A DNA stretch of 40,165 bases. Source: Chrysochromulina tobinii. Lineage: Eukaryota. Where the stretch lies: contig JWZX01002559.1 in assembly GCA_001275005.1 (NCBI GenBank), positions 1-40,165 on the forward strand. Direction: 5' to 3'. This document shows positions 9,100-18,498 of this stretch, one piece after another. The notes beneath the pieces were generated by a model that ran no database searches, was not told where the DNA came from, and saw only the letters and a program-made list of their open reading frames with translations. Made by a program: the position numbers and the translations under genes. Every line of letters begins with the position of its first letter. Within the stretch, counting starts at the first letter, position 1.

Positions 9100-11037
9100 C
9101 TAGCGAACGAGCACGTTTCGGAACTGCCATGGGTCGGAATCGTCGATGTCTTCCGGGAAGAGCCCAGGCCTGCTGGAGAGGGGAGTCCAGTCGGTGTAAT
9201 AGCCCTTGACGGTGCCGAGGTAGGGCTTCTGGATGTTCAGGCAGGCGCGGTAGTCCATCTCATCGGACTCGACGATGCCGGCGCTCGGGTTGGTGAGCGC
9301 CCAGGCCATGCCAGCGAGAATGGCCGAGGTGACCTGCAATCCGGTCGCGTTTTGGTAGGGCGCGAGCTCCCGCGCCTCGTCGATCGAGAGCTGCGAGCCA
9401 TACCAGTAGGCGTTCTTGGCATGGCCGAAGACAAGGACGCCGAGCTCGTCGCTGCCGTCGACGATCTCGTCCTCGTCGAGCACATGCTTCTCCTCCTGGG
9501 GCCTGCCGGCGCGCCCAAACATCTCGTGCAACGACAGCACCGCGTCGTTCGTCGGATGGTAGGCATAGTGGCAGGTTGGTCGGTAGGCGACGGCAGAGCC
9601 GTCACGGACGGTGAAGTAGTCGGCGATCGAGATGGCTTCGTTGTGGGTGACGAGGAAGCCGAAGTACGCCTCCGACGTCGGGCACCAGGTGCGAACGCGG
9701 GTGTTCGCTCCGGGCTGCAACAGATAGGCTCCGACCTTGGTGCCGATCGTCATCAGTCGGGCGTTCTCGGGCAGCCACTTTTCGTGCGTGCCCCAGCCGA
9801 GCTCGGCTGGCTGCAGCCCTTCGGAAATGAAGCCCTCGACCGACCAGGTGTTGAGGAAGACGTTCATCGGCTTGGGGCTCCGGCTGCGCTGGGTGTCCCT
9901 CTCGGCGATGTGTACGCCCTTGACACCCAACTCGCGCATGAGCTGTGCCCACCCCTCGCGGTCGTCCGGCCCCGGCTCAATGAAGGCATGGCCCGTATCG
10001 TGGGCGATGTCGCAGAGCGCTTGCTTGAGGAGCCACGACACCATGCCGGGATTCGCGCCGCAGCAGGAGACCGCCGTGGGCCCGCCCGGGCTCCGCGCCT
10101 TCTCCTCTCGCAGCGCGCTCCGAAGGACATTATTCGTGCGCTGCTCGGGTCCAGCGCCCTTGTCAAAGTAGAAGCCCTGCCAGGGCTCGACGACGGTATC
10201 GATGTAGAGAGAGCCGAGCTCGCGGCAGAGCCGTATGATGTCGATCGAGGAGGTATCGACTGAGACGTTGACGCAGAAGCCCTGCCCGCCGCCCGCGGTG
10301 AGCAGCGGCGTCAGCACCTCGCGATAGTTCTCTTGCGTGATTGCGACCTGCTCGAACCGAATGTCGCGCTCGTCGAGCAGGCGCCGGTGGCGGTCACTTG
10401 GGTCGATGACGACGAAGCGGGATGGGTCGTAGTCGAAATGCCGCTCGAGCATGGGCAACATGCCTTTGCCGATGGAGCCGAAGCCGATCATCACCAGGGG
10501 ACCCTCGATCCTGCCGTGCTTTGGCCATGGCCAGCTGTCGGTCGCCACAGCGGTGCGCCCACTAGATGTGTCGCTACTGTCTGATAGACTGTCACTTGAT
10601 GCGTTGGTGAGACCCCCCTCACGGCTCGATGTGTCGGTCTCCATCTTTAACGACGGTAGCCCCACAAAGGTTGAGTCGTGAGGGGGGTAGCTCCCAGAGA
10701 GCGGGGCGATGGGAAGATGTTCTTGCGCGCAGTCTCTATGACAGTCTTCTTCATCCGGAGGTTCTTCATCCGGAGACTCCGGCTCGGGAGTCGATTGCTG
10801 GCCCTGGCGCGCATCCATGATGCGGCCGCGGCGCTTCTGGAGAAGAGCGGGACCGCCGGATCGTAATGATATGCAATCAGCCATCATTTGACGAGATTCC
10901 TTCGGTGCTCGCTTTTTGGCGCAAAATTTGGTGAACTCATGAACAAGTTCATTCCGGGCGGCAGAGTCGCGCGGAATGTTTGAACGAAAGGCAAGCCGAA
11001 GGCTAGATCCCGCTTGCAGGCCGAGACAGCGAGACAT
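9100..11037 (-). CDS. hss: Bacterial-type homospermidine synthase with an ~170-aa low-complexity N-terminal extension (true start uncertain)
   Basis: Domain from ~10530 onward: GPLVMIGFGSIGKG (Rossmann), VNVSVD, LYIDTVVEPW, SCCGANPGMVSW, HIAERDTQ, FLNTWSVEGF, YRPTCHYAY, QNATGLQV, and C-terminal DDSDPWQF. Confidence 0.93.
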   Translation of the reverse strand: MSRCLGLQAGSSLRLAFRSNIPRDSAARNELVHEFTKFCAKKRAPKESRQMMADCISLRSGGPALLQKRRGRIMDARQGQQSTPEPESPDEEPPDEEDCHRDCAQEHLPIAPLSGSYPPHDSTFVGLPSLKMETDTSSREGGLTNASSDSLSDSSDTSSGRTAVATDSWPWPKHGRIEGPLVMIGFGSIGKGMLPMLERHFDYDPSRFVVIDPSDRHRRLLDERDIRFEQVAITQENYREVLTPLLTAGGGQGFCVNVSVDTSSIDIIRLCRELGSLYIDTVVEPWQGFYFDKGAGPEQRTNNVLRSALREEKARSPGGPTAVSCCGANPGMVSWLLKQALCDIAHDTGHAFIEPGPDDREGWAQLMRELGVKGVHIAERDTQRSRSPKPMNVFLNTWSVEGFISEGLQPAELGWGTHEKWLPENARLMTIGTKVGAYLLQPGANTRVRTWCPTSEAYFGFLVTHNEAISIADYFTVRDGSAVAYRPTCHYAYHPTNDAVLSLHEMFGRAGRPQEEKHVLDEDEIVDGSDELGVLVFGHAKNAYWYGSQLSIDEARELAPYQNATGLQVTSAILAGMAWALTNPSAGIVESDEMDYRACLNIQKPYLGTVKGYYTDWTPLSSRPGLFPEDIDDSDPWQFRNVLVR

Positions 11038-11143
11038 TACAATTGTATAACTCTCAGGGGCATGCTCAGGGGCGGTGGATGTTGAGGCGGTCAGAGATGG
11101 CGGTCGCTAAGGCCGCGAGAGTATCACAAATGGTCGGCGGCGT

Positions 11144-11237
11144 CGGCGCGTCAGTGGGGTCCCCAGGGGGCGCACAGCTCACCACGGCGCGTCCCAGTGG
11201 GGTAGGTCCCCGGCTCACCACGGCGCGACTCAGTGGG
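11144..11237. repeat. Three imperfect direct repeats of (GCTCACCA)CGGCGCG..CAGTGGG between the DnaJ 3' end and hss
   Basis: Copies begin near 11144, 11177 and 11213. Confidence 0.7.
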
Positions 11238-11365
11238 ATCGCCCGCATCAGTCCGTCACCAGAGAAGTCCCTGCTTGCAGATCCGTGGTTCCAGATCCAT
11301 GTGCGGCCTGGAGGGATTCAGGTCCGAAAACAGCGTTCCCAGCGCCTCAGACGCAGCGAACGGGC

Positions 11366-12214
11366 TCATCTCTGCTTCCCCTTGGAGACCCCCGAGAGCA
11401 TCCGGCGCTGCGCGGCCTCGAAGGCGGCCGGATCGGCCAGCGGGTCAGCGGACAATGTCTTCTTCGCCTTGCTGCTTGCGCCCTTGTCCTTCTTCTCGCC
11501 CTTTCGAGGCGAGGCGACCTGGGCTGCACCACCAAACTTGCTAGTCAGCGAGGCGAGCAGCGCCTCTTGACGCTGTCCCTGGCGAGCGACGATCGCTGCG
11601 AGGAGCCCGTCTTCGCTGCCGCCCGCGCCGCGCAGCCCGAGCTCCTTGGCGAGCTCCTCGGCCTCGGCGGCCTCATTGACCGCGCGCTGCTGCCGCTTCT
11701 GCTTTTTGGACGTGGCCTCGTTCTCAAAGGCCTTGAGACGGCGCACTTTGCCCGCCGCAACGTCGGCCTGCAGCATCTCGCGGAAGCGTGGCTCATCCAC
11801 CTCGGTGCTGCACATCATACGGTCGAGGATGCCGCCCATGTCGCCTTTGGCATCCTCGTAGGCGCGACGGAGGTCGGCTGCCTCCTCCTCTGAGCCACGG
11901 TAGCCAGCGGCGAACGCGTCGATGCGGTCCTGGGTGACGCGCGTGTAGAAGTCGTTCCAGAAGGCGGTCCACTGCGCCTCGCCAATTGTCGACGGGCCAT
12001 CGTCCACGATGCCCGCCGCGTCGTAAGCGCTGCGCTTCTCGACGTCACGAAGGACGCTGTACGCTCTACCTAGTGCCTGGAAGCGCTCGTGCGCACCCGC
12101 GTCGCCCGGATTCTTATCCGGGTGCTCGATGCGCGCCTTCTGCAGATACGCCTTCTTGACCGCCTCCGCGCTCGCGTCGCGCGGAACGCCCAGCACGAAG
12201 TACAGGTCTTCCAT
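11366..12214 (-). CDS. J-domain co-chaperone, DNAJC9-like
   Basis: ATG at 12214 (MEDLYFVLGV). J-domain with HPD (EHPDKNPGD), followed by DNAJC9-type YRGSEEE..DL..AY..AKGDM. Confidence 0.88.
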   Translation of the reverse strand: MEDLYFVLGVPRDASAEAVKKAYLQKARIEHPDKNPGDAGAHERFQALGRAYSVLRDVEKRSAYDAAGIVDDGPSTIGEAQWTAFWNDFYTRVTQDRIDAFAAGYRGSEEEAADLRRAYEDAKGDMGGILDRMMCSTEVDEPRFREMLQADVAAGKVRRLKAFENEATSKKQKRQQRAVNEAAEAEELAKELGLRGAGGSEDGLLAAIVARQGQRQEALLASLTSKFGGAAQVASPRKGEKKDKGASSKAKKTLSADPLADPAAFEAAQRRMLSGVSKGKQR

Positions 12215-12290
12215 CTTTGAGACTGACCTTTCGTCTTCCCGCCAGTTGCTGAATGCGTCAAACTGCGAGCGGAACTCTGGAGCCACAGAT

Positions 12291-14984
12291 ATGGCGGACG
12301 CTGCAGTCGTGGTGATACTTGAGGACGGAAGTGTGGGGCAGCCGCATCGCGTTCACCGCGTGTTCGACAAGAAGCAGCGCCTGAATGCGCCGGCAGCGGC
12401 CGCCTGGGCTCTCGGCTCCTTCTCCATCGGGCGCGGAGGGCCAGTGAGCCTGCGCATCGAGCAGCCGCATATTTCGGCCACCCAGTGCACTATCTCGCCG
12501 CCTGCGCCAGATAGCCCAGGGTGGCGCCTCGCCGATTTCTCCACGAACGGCACGCTTGTGAACGGTACCCTCGTTGGGAAGGGCAACGCCGTGGAAATCC
12601 ACGATGGCGACACGATCAACTTCTCGCTGAGGCCCTACCCATACGCCATCTTTCGGGAGCGCTTCGACGATGCCGTGACCGAGGCTGCCGCTGCAGCGGC
12701 GACCGGGGCGCCCGCGGCGGCTTTGGCCGCTTCCGCCGCCGGCGCCAAGAAGCGCCGTGTGGCCTGTGCCGAGCCCGGCGCGGTAGCGTCCGCCGGCGTC
12801 GCTTCCTCGCCCTCGTCGCACGAGGCGATGCGGCGGTCGTCGGCGAGCAACGCGGCGCACGCGGTCATGCAGGAGGAGCTCGCGCGCTCCCAACGGCAGC
12901 TGCAGGAGACGGAGGCCAAGCTGCAGGGGGTGGAACGAAGCGCGGCCGAGGCGGCTAAGGAGCAGGCGCGCGTGCTCGCCGAGCGTGAAGAGGCGTGGAG
13001 CGCGAAGCTGCGCGAGGCGCAGCACGAGGCACGCGCCGTGTCCGAGCGCCACGAGACCGAGCTTGACAAGCAGGCCGCTGCGCTGCGAGCGCTCGAGCAG
13101 CGGCTCGCGGCGGCAGAAGAGAGGGCGGCGGCGGACGCGGCGACGCTCGCCTTGAGCCGCGAGCAGGCAGTCGTCGAGCGGGAGCAGCGCGAGCAGCTCG
13201 AGGCGACGCTGCGCGCCAAGGCGCAGGCGCTCGAGGCGGCGACCTACACGAATGCCGAGCTCCAACACAAGCTCGCGGCGGCTGCCGAGGCGCAAGAGAT
13301 CGCCCTGCGTGAGGTCGCGTTGTCTCGGGCGGAGGTGGAGGCGGCCAGACGCAAGGGTACCGAGGGCGAAGCTCGCCTCGCCGAGTTGGGCGCGAAGCTC
13401 GAGGCGGCGCGTGCGGAGCTCGGCACCCTGCACGAGGCGAAACGCGAACTCGCCCAGGCGCTGCGTGCCGCCGAGGGCGCACGCACTGAAGCGAGCATAT
13501 GTGCCGAAGGGTGGAAGCGCAAGCACGAGGAATGGAGCGCACGCAGCGCGGGCGAGCTCAGCAGCGCACAGGCGCAGGTGGAGCGGCTTCAGGCGGAGGT
13601 GGCGGCACTGCGCGAGCACGAGAGCTCGCACCACTCGCAGCTGGCCGCCTCCTTTCGCCGGCTGCAGGCAGGGCAGGAGCGCGCGAGTGCGCTGCAAGAG
13701 CGCGCACGCACGACGCGCGCCGCCGTCGGGTTTCTCGTCGCAACAGCGGCCGAGATGCAGCGCGCCGTCGCGATCGCGCACGCGGCGGCGCTCGAGGAGG
13801 AGGAGGCCGCCTCCGAGGCCGTCGCCGCCGAGGCCTCGAGCGTATCGTCGGAAGTCGGAGCCTCGCCCGGTGGCGGCGGCGGCGGCGGCGGTGGTGGCGG
13901 CCTTTACGGCGGCGATGGCGGCGAGAACGAGGACGTCGCGGGTGTGACTCAGCCAGAGCCTAGCCGCGTGGCGGGAGGCCTCGGTGCCGTCCTCGGGGCG
14001 CCTGCCCCTTACGCCTTCTATGCTGGTTCGCAGCACTCCTCCGAAGGAGGGCCGACGCAGCTCGATCGGCCGCGGCGAACCGCACCGCAGTCCAGCCTGA
14101 CGCCACGGGCGGGCAGGGATTACGACGTGGGCGCGACGCAGCAGCCCGACGCCGAGACAGCCCTCGAGCCTGCGCCCACTCCGGCGCCTACGCAGCACGA
14201 AGCGTGCGAGCCCGACGACGACGCCATGGCGCCCACGCCTGTGCTGGCGCTCGGCCGGGGCGGCAGCAGCACGACGCGGCCACTCGAGCCCATCGCAGAG
14301 GGGGTGCACCCTCTTGACACTGCACTGCGGCACCACCGCGCCGCGCCAACGCAGACGCTCGATGAGGAGGGCGATGGCGTGGCGTGCGATGGCGTGGCGT
14401 GCGATGCAGATGGTGGCGCGACCTCCTCTGCGGGAGGTGTTCATACCTCTGCGGGAGGTGTTCATACGGCCAACCGTACGGGTGCCTCGTCGAGCGTCGC
14501 TGGGAGCCGAGCGCCGAGCGCGGCCGCAGCGAGCGCAGCCGCGAGCGCTGCGGCCAGAAGCAGCGGTTCACTGCCGCCGTACCTGCAGGAGCAATACGAG
14601 CAGATGGCGGAGCAACAGCAGGTCACACCGTTCGGCACGCAGGGTTCCGCCCGAGAGGACGCTGATGACGACACTTATGACGAGGCGGAACATGAGGTGG
14701 CATATGGCGCGAACACAGGCGCGGAGGCTGCCGCCCTGTATGGCGCGAACACGGCGGCGGACGCGGAGACGCTCTACGAGCAGGACGACGACCCCATGGG
14801 CGAGCACGCGGAGGTGATCAACGAGGTGACCCACGCTGGTGAGACGGCGCACGGTGGCCACCAGGGCCCTGGTGACCTCGGCGGCGTCACCCAGGTACAG
14901 CGTGATGTTGACGAGCCCAGCCCCATGATGGGTGGCGGCTGTGAGACGCTCGTGCAGGGCTTTGATGAAGATGAGGACGCGTAG
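12291..14984 (+). CDS. FHA-domain protein with a long coiled coil and acidic disordered tail
   Basis: ATG at 12291. FHA signature SIGRGG..IEQPHISATQC..LADFSTNGTLVNG..GDTINF, an Ala/Glu-rich heptad region, and several TQ motifs in the tail. Confidence 0.82.
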   Translation: MADAAVVVILEDGSVGQPHRVHRVFDKKQRLNAPAAAAWALGSFSIGRGGPVSLRIEQPHISATQCTISPPAPDSPGWRLADFSTNGTLVNGTLVGKGNAVEIHDGDTINFSLRPYPYAIFRERFDDAVTEAAAAAATGAPAAALAASAAGAKKRRVACAEPGAVASAGVASSPSSHEAMRRSSASNAAHAVMQEELARSQRQLQETEAKLQGVERSAAEAAKEQARVLAEREEAWSAKLREAQHEARAVSERHETELDKQAAALRALEQRLAAAEERAAADAATLALSREQAVVEREQREQLEATLRAKAQALEAATYTNAELQHKLAAAAEAQEIALREVALSRAEVEAARRKGTEGEARLAELGAKLEAARAELGTLHEAKRELAQALRAAEGARTEASICAEGWKRKHEEWSARSAGELSSAQAQVERLQAEVAALREHESSHHSQLAASFRRLQAGQERASALQERARTTRAAVGFLVATAAEMQRAVAIAHAAALEEEEAASEAVAAEASSVSSEVGASPGGGGGGGGGGGLYGGDGGENEDVAGVTQPEPSRVAGGLGAVLGAPAPYAFYAGSQHSSEGGPTQLDRPRRTAPQSSLTPRAGRDYDVGATQQPDAETALEPAPTPAPTQHEACEPDDDAMAPTPVLALGRGGSSTTRPLEPIAEGVHPLDTALRHHRAAPTQTLDEEGDGVACDGVACDADGGATSSAGGVHTSAGGVHTANRTGASSSVAGSRAPSAAAASAAASAAARSSGSLPPYLQEQYEQMAEQQQVTPFGTQGSAREDADDDTYDEAEHEVAYGANTGAEAAALYGANTAADAETLYEQDDDPMGEHAEVINEVTHAGETAHGGHQGPGDLGGVTQVQRDVDEPSPMMGGGCETLVQGFDEDEDA

Positions 14985-15367
14985 CGTGACCGCGTTCCAG
15001 ACTCCACAGTGTACGCGTGTGCTGACTCAGGTGCAATGGCGCATGGACCCGTGTAAGATCTGAGAAGATCATCCTAGATCATCCGGCCAGAGGCGAAATT
15101 TTTGGTGTATTTATGAGCCGCGCTGGCTAGGTGTCTGGCGTGGACTGTTGTCGCAGTTCTGACGTTTACTGCGCAGACCGCAGTTCGCGCACTTCGCTCG
15201 ACCACCGATGTATACAACCCGTGTGCGCTTAAGTGTGCGCGCTCTACCACGTAGCCACTAGCCTAGTGGCATGCCTAGTGGGTATACCCTTGGGTACCCG
15301 CGATCGCCAGGACGAATACACATCAAACATCACTAATCACGCTCCGCTCAAACGCTGGCGTTCGCGT

Positions 15368-17011
15368 TCACGAAACCCGATGAAAGAGCCGTCCCAATCC
15401 CCCCGCGCACTGCCGCTCATTCGCCTCGCGCTCGCGGCTCTCGATCTGAGCGCTCTCGTTGAGGAGGGTGAAGTACGAGAAGGGGCCCAGCAGGCCAGAG
15501 CCGCGCAGCTCGCCGGCCGTGCACCACGGCTGTGAAGCGCACGCGGTGGCTGCGCGCGCCTCGCAATAGGTCGTCAGCCCCTCGCGTAGCTCTTCTACGA
15601 GATGAGAGATGAGCCGCCGGCTGTAGCGCACCGCGGGTATCAGGCACGACGCCTGCCGGGCGTACTTCTTTTGGTGCGGTCCGTTACGTGCGCCAGAGTG
15701 CACCCAGCTCGAGTTCTGCTCCGCAAGATCGAGGCAGATGAGATCTGGCGACGCGAGATCGGGCGACAGGGCAGCAGCAGGGAGACCGGACGTTGGCGCG
15801 TTGGTCTTGGGCGCTGAATGAGGCGCTGAGTTGGGCAGCTGGTGTGATGGACCGATCCGTGCGGCCAAACTGTTGAACACATCGGCGCTCAGGACGGCGG
15901 CGAGATCACCTGACCAGCCCACGTCGTGCTGTAAGACCCACACGTGGGCATGCGGAGTGACTCCGCTCATGGCACGGCCGTGCAGGGCAAGCCAGCTGAG
16001 GCCGACCAGGTCGCATCCGTTCGAGAGCCATTTGGGTCGTCGGCGGTCGGCCCACTTGAAGCCTTGGCCGTGCTTGGTCAAGAGGAGAAGAGGGAATGCT
16101 CTCCTCACGTCGCTGAGCCCCACACGGTGCACCAGCCCTGCCCTCTCGCCTTGATGGTCCTTAGCAGCGCTGAGAGCAGCGCCCGTCACGGCGCGCCCGC
16201 TCATGGCCTGCGCGACGGCAGCCATGATCGTGGACACCGCTTTCTCGTCGGATCGCCGAGCGATCGCCAAGGACGTACCTCCACAAGTCTCCTGTCGCAG
16301 ACACACCTCGGTTGCGAGCACGACGCGGTGGACGTGGCCGTCGCGTGAGAGAGCCACATGAGCTCGCGCTACTCGAGCTGCGACCTTGTGATCCACCGCG
16401 TACGAGGCCACGGTGTGCAGCACGAGCAAGGGACGCGCGGCCGTGTTGGTCAACGAGGCGATTGCCGTCGTCGTGCGGTGCGCCGCCCTTGGCGAGTTGT
16501 GATTGCTCATCGCGGTTGGTCGAGTTGGCGCGGCGCAGAGCGCAAGCCCAGCCTGAAGGCCGCGCCCAAGAGCCCAGTCCGGCTCGAACGTCTGGGCATC
16601 GAGGTGTCCCAAGCACATGCCATTGGAGGCGTCGTGCATCCAAACTGTGCAGGAGCTCTTGCCGGGTCGATACTCGTAGCCGTCGAACCATCGGTACTCG
16701 TTGCCGTCGAAGTCGTCGCAAGCCTGCCGACAATCCAACGCAGTTTTCGCATGACCCAACGCCACCTGCTCGCCCTCTCGTGGCTGGTTGCATACGCCGC
16801 TGGGCAGGGGATGCCCGAGCCGATCCGTGCACGCACACTGAGAGCAGGCTCGGCACGCACAGCGATGGCAGTCGTCTAGTGTGCAATAGGGCTCGCATGC
16901 ACTGGCGTCGACGAAGTGAGACGCTGCGACGGCACTCGTGTTGCTGAGCGGCGCGCAGAGCCGAGCCGCTGACGACATGTACATAGTAGTAGACACTGCC
17001 GAATAATCCAT
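15368..17011 (-). CDS. Hypothetical protein with a Cys-rich N-terminus and a C-terminal glycosyltransferase-like/DUF3405-like region
   Basis: First ATG at 17011, downstream of a (CA)n run. Cys-rich modules, then HVWVLQHDVGWSGDL and IPAVRYSRRLI..YCE. Confidence 0.55.
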   Translation of the reverse strand: MDYSAVSTTMYMSSAARLCAPLSNTSAVAASHFVDASACEPYCTLDDCHRCACRACSQCACTDRLGHPLPSGVCNQPREGEQVALGHAKTALDCRQACDDFDGNEYRWFDGYEYRPGKSSCTVWMHDASNGMCLGHLDAQTFEPDWALGRGLQAGLALCAAPTRPTAMSNHNSPRAAHRTTTAIASLTNTAARPLLVLHTVASYAVDHKVAARVARAHVALSRDGHVHRVVLATEVCLRQETCGGTSLAIARRSDEKAVSTIMAAVAQAMSGRAVTGAALSAAKDHQGERAGLVHRVGLSDVRRAFPLLLLTKHGQGFKWADRRRPKWLSNGCDLVGLSWLALHGRAMSGVTPHAHVWVLQHDVGWSGDLAAVLSADVFNSLAARIGPSHQLPNSAPHSAPKTNAPTSGLPAAALSPDLASPDLICLDLAEQNSSWVHSGARNGPHQKKYARQASCLIPAVRYSRRLISHLVEELREGLTTYCEARAATACASQPWCTAGELRGSGLLGPFSYFTLLNESAQIESREREANERQCAGGLGRLFHRVS

Positions 17012-17324
17012 GTCTGTCGGCTTAAGCTGTCGGCATGTGTGTGTGTGTGTGTGTGTGAAACAGACGATGCGTGCGCCGTCGTCTCGTCTGCCAGCGGCCA
17101 ACCAGCGGCCCGGCAGCCAGCAGGAATCCAGGCTTATCCAGGCGGCTCCGTCTAGGCTCGTCCAAAGCACCCAAAGTCAAAGAAAAGGGAAATGTGTTTA
17201 ATGGAAACGATAATTGTTCTGTGCATGCGGAGAAGTTGTTTCTACCCAAGTGAGACTTGACTTGATACTTGACTTGTTTGACTTCTTCACAGCCAATCGA
17301 AAAACCTTGCCCCTTCACACGCAA

Positions 17325-18422
17325 ATGGCCTCCGAGGTCGTGTTGCCTTCCGCTGGCAAAGGTGAGTTCCCACGGCTGCAAGACACGCTCGCGCAAGTCG
17401 AGGGCTTGCTTGCGCGCGCGGCCGCTGGCGTGGCACCCGACTCGGCAGACTCGGATGCGCTGGCGGCGCACTTCGAGGCGAAGCAGCTGATCCAGGAGAT
17501 GAGCGAGCGCGCTGGCGTCTTCGAGAAGCGCGCGCGCGAGCCGGATCCCGATAAGCGCATCTACGGCCCCAAGATGGCCCAAAAGGTTCTCGAATTCATC
17601 GACGCGCTGCAGGCGGCTAGCGAGCACGCTGAGGAGCTTGATGAGGCGTTAGCGCCGCTGCGAGCTCGGCTGGCTGCCGCGGCAGTCGCGGCGGCCGCGG
17701 CGGTCGCGGCGGCCGCCGAGGCCGTCGCGCAGGCGGAGCGCGAGGCCCTGGCCGCCGCCGCCGCCGAGCAGGCCGAGCTCGACGAGGAGGTGCGGCTGGC
17801 CTCGGAGCGCGCAACGGTGGAGCGCGCAGCGGCGATCGCGCGCCCGCTAGGCAGCGGCAGCGGCGATGCCTCTTTCCAGCGCTTGGAGGCGGCCGACACA
17901 GTCGACGCGCTCGGCCGCCGCAAGCTCATAGCCGACCTGTCGCTCACGCAGTCTCTTGAACTTCTTGAGGGCAGCTGCGAGTGTGCCGAGTTCGCGAGCG
18001 CGCTGCAGGCGCTGCACCTGCTCTGCGCGAACATCGTCGCGCGGCCCGAGGAGGCGCTGTTCCGCAAGGTGCGGCTCCTCAACGCCTCCTTCCAGCAGAC
18101 TGTCGCGCGCTACCCGGGCGGCGTCGAGGCGCTGCTCGCGCTCGGCTTTGAGGAGAGCGAGACACTTGAGGGCGATGAGGAGGCGGTCTGCTACGTCCTC
18201 GAGGAGCCAAACCTCGAAGAGGACATCGAGCGCTGGGGTCGCTGGTACGATGGGATTAAAGCGCACCAGGCCGAGCTGCTCGGACGCATGGAGGCCCACG
18301 GCGTGCGTGCGCTGCCGGTCGCGGCCAAGGGCACCGGCTGGGCGGAGGGCATGGCCGCGCCAGCGCCCGCGCGACCGGCGGACAATTTGACTCTGCACGG
18401 GCAGCGAGGCGGTGGGATTTAA
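17325..18422 (+). CDS. PUB-domain protein
   Basis: ATG at 17325. PUB motif LCANIVARPEEALFRKVRLLNASFQQTV..YPGGVEALLALGF. Confidence 0.82.
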   Translation: MASEVVLPSAGKGEFPRLQDTLAQVEGLLARAAAGVAPDSADSDALAAHFEAKQLIQEMSERAGVFEKRAREPDPDKRIYGPKMAQKVLEFIDALQAASEHAEELDEALAPLRARLAAAAVAAAAAVAAAAEAVAQAEREALAAAAAEQAELDEEVRLASERATVERAAAIARPLGSGSGDASFQRLEAADTVDALGRRKLIADLSLTQSLELLEGSCECAEFASALQALHLLCANIVARPEEALFRKVRLLNASFQQTVARYPGGVEALLALGFEESETLEGDEEAVCYVLEEPNLEEDIERWGRWYDGIKAHQAELLGRMEAHGVRALPVAAKGTGWAEGMAAPAPARPADNLTLHGQRGGGI

Positions 18423-18498
18423 TAAATGTGTCAACCCCTTTTTGAATATTGGTGTGAATTCACGCCACGAACGGTGGCGACGGGTGGGCGAACCGCCA

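Noticed and set aside
12258..14465. 735-aa antisense ORF and other long antisense ORFs (e.g. 9070..10263, 17847..19169)
   Set aside because: Shadow ORFs of GC3-rich genes with no motifs of their own.
15527..15536. GGCTGTGAA match to the target motif
   Set aside because: Partial match inside a CDS with no duplication or insert; compatible with chance.
17036..17057. (TG)n run here and (CA)n at ~34943-34961 as TSD-flanked inserts
   Set aside because: No flanking direct repeat could be found; treated as ordinary microsatellites.
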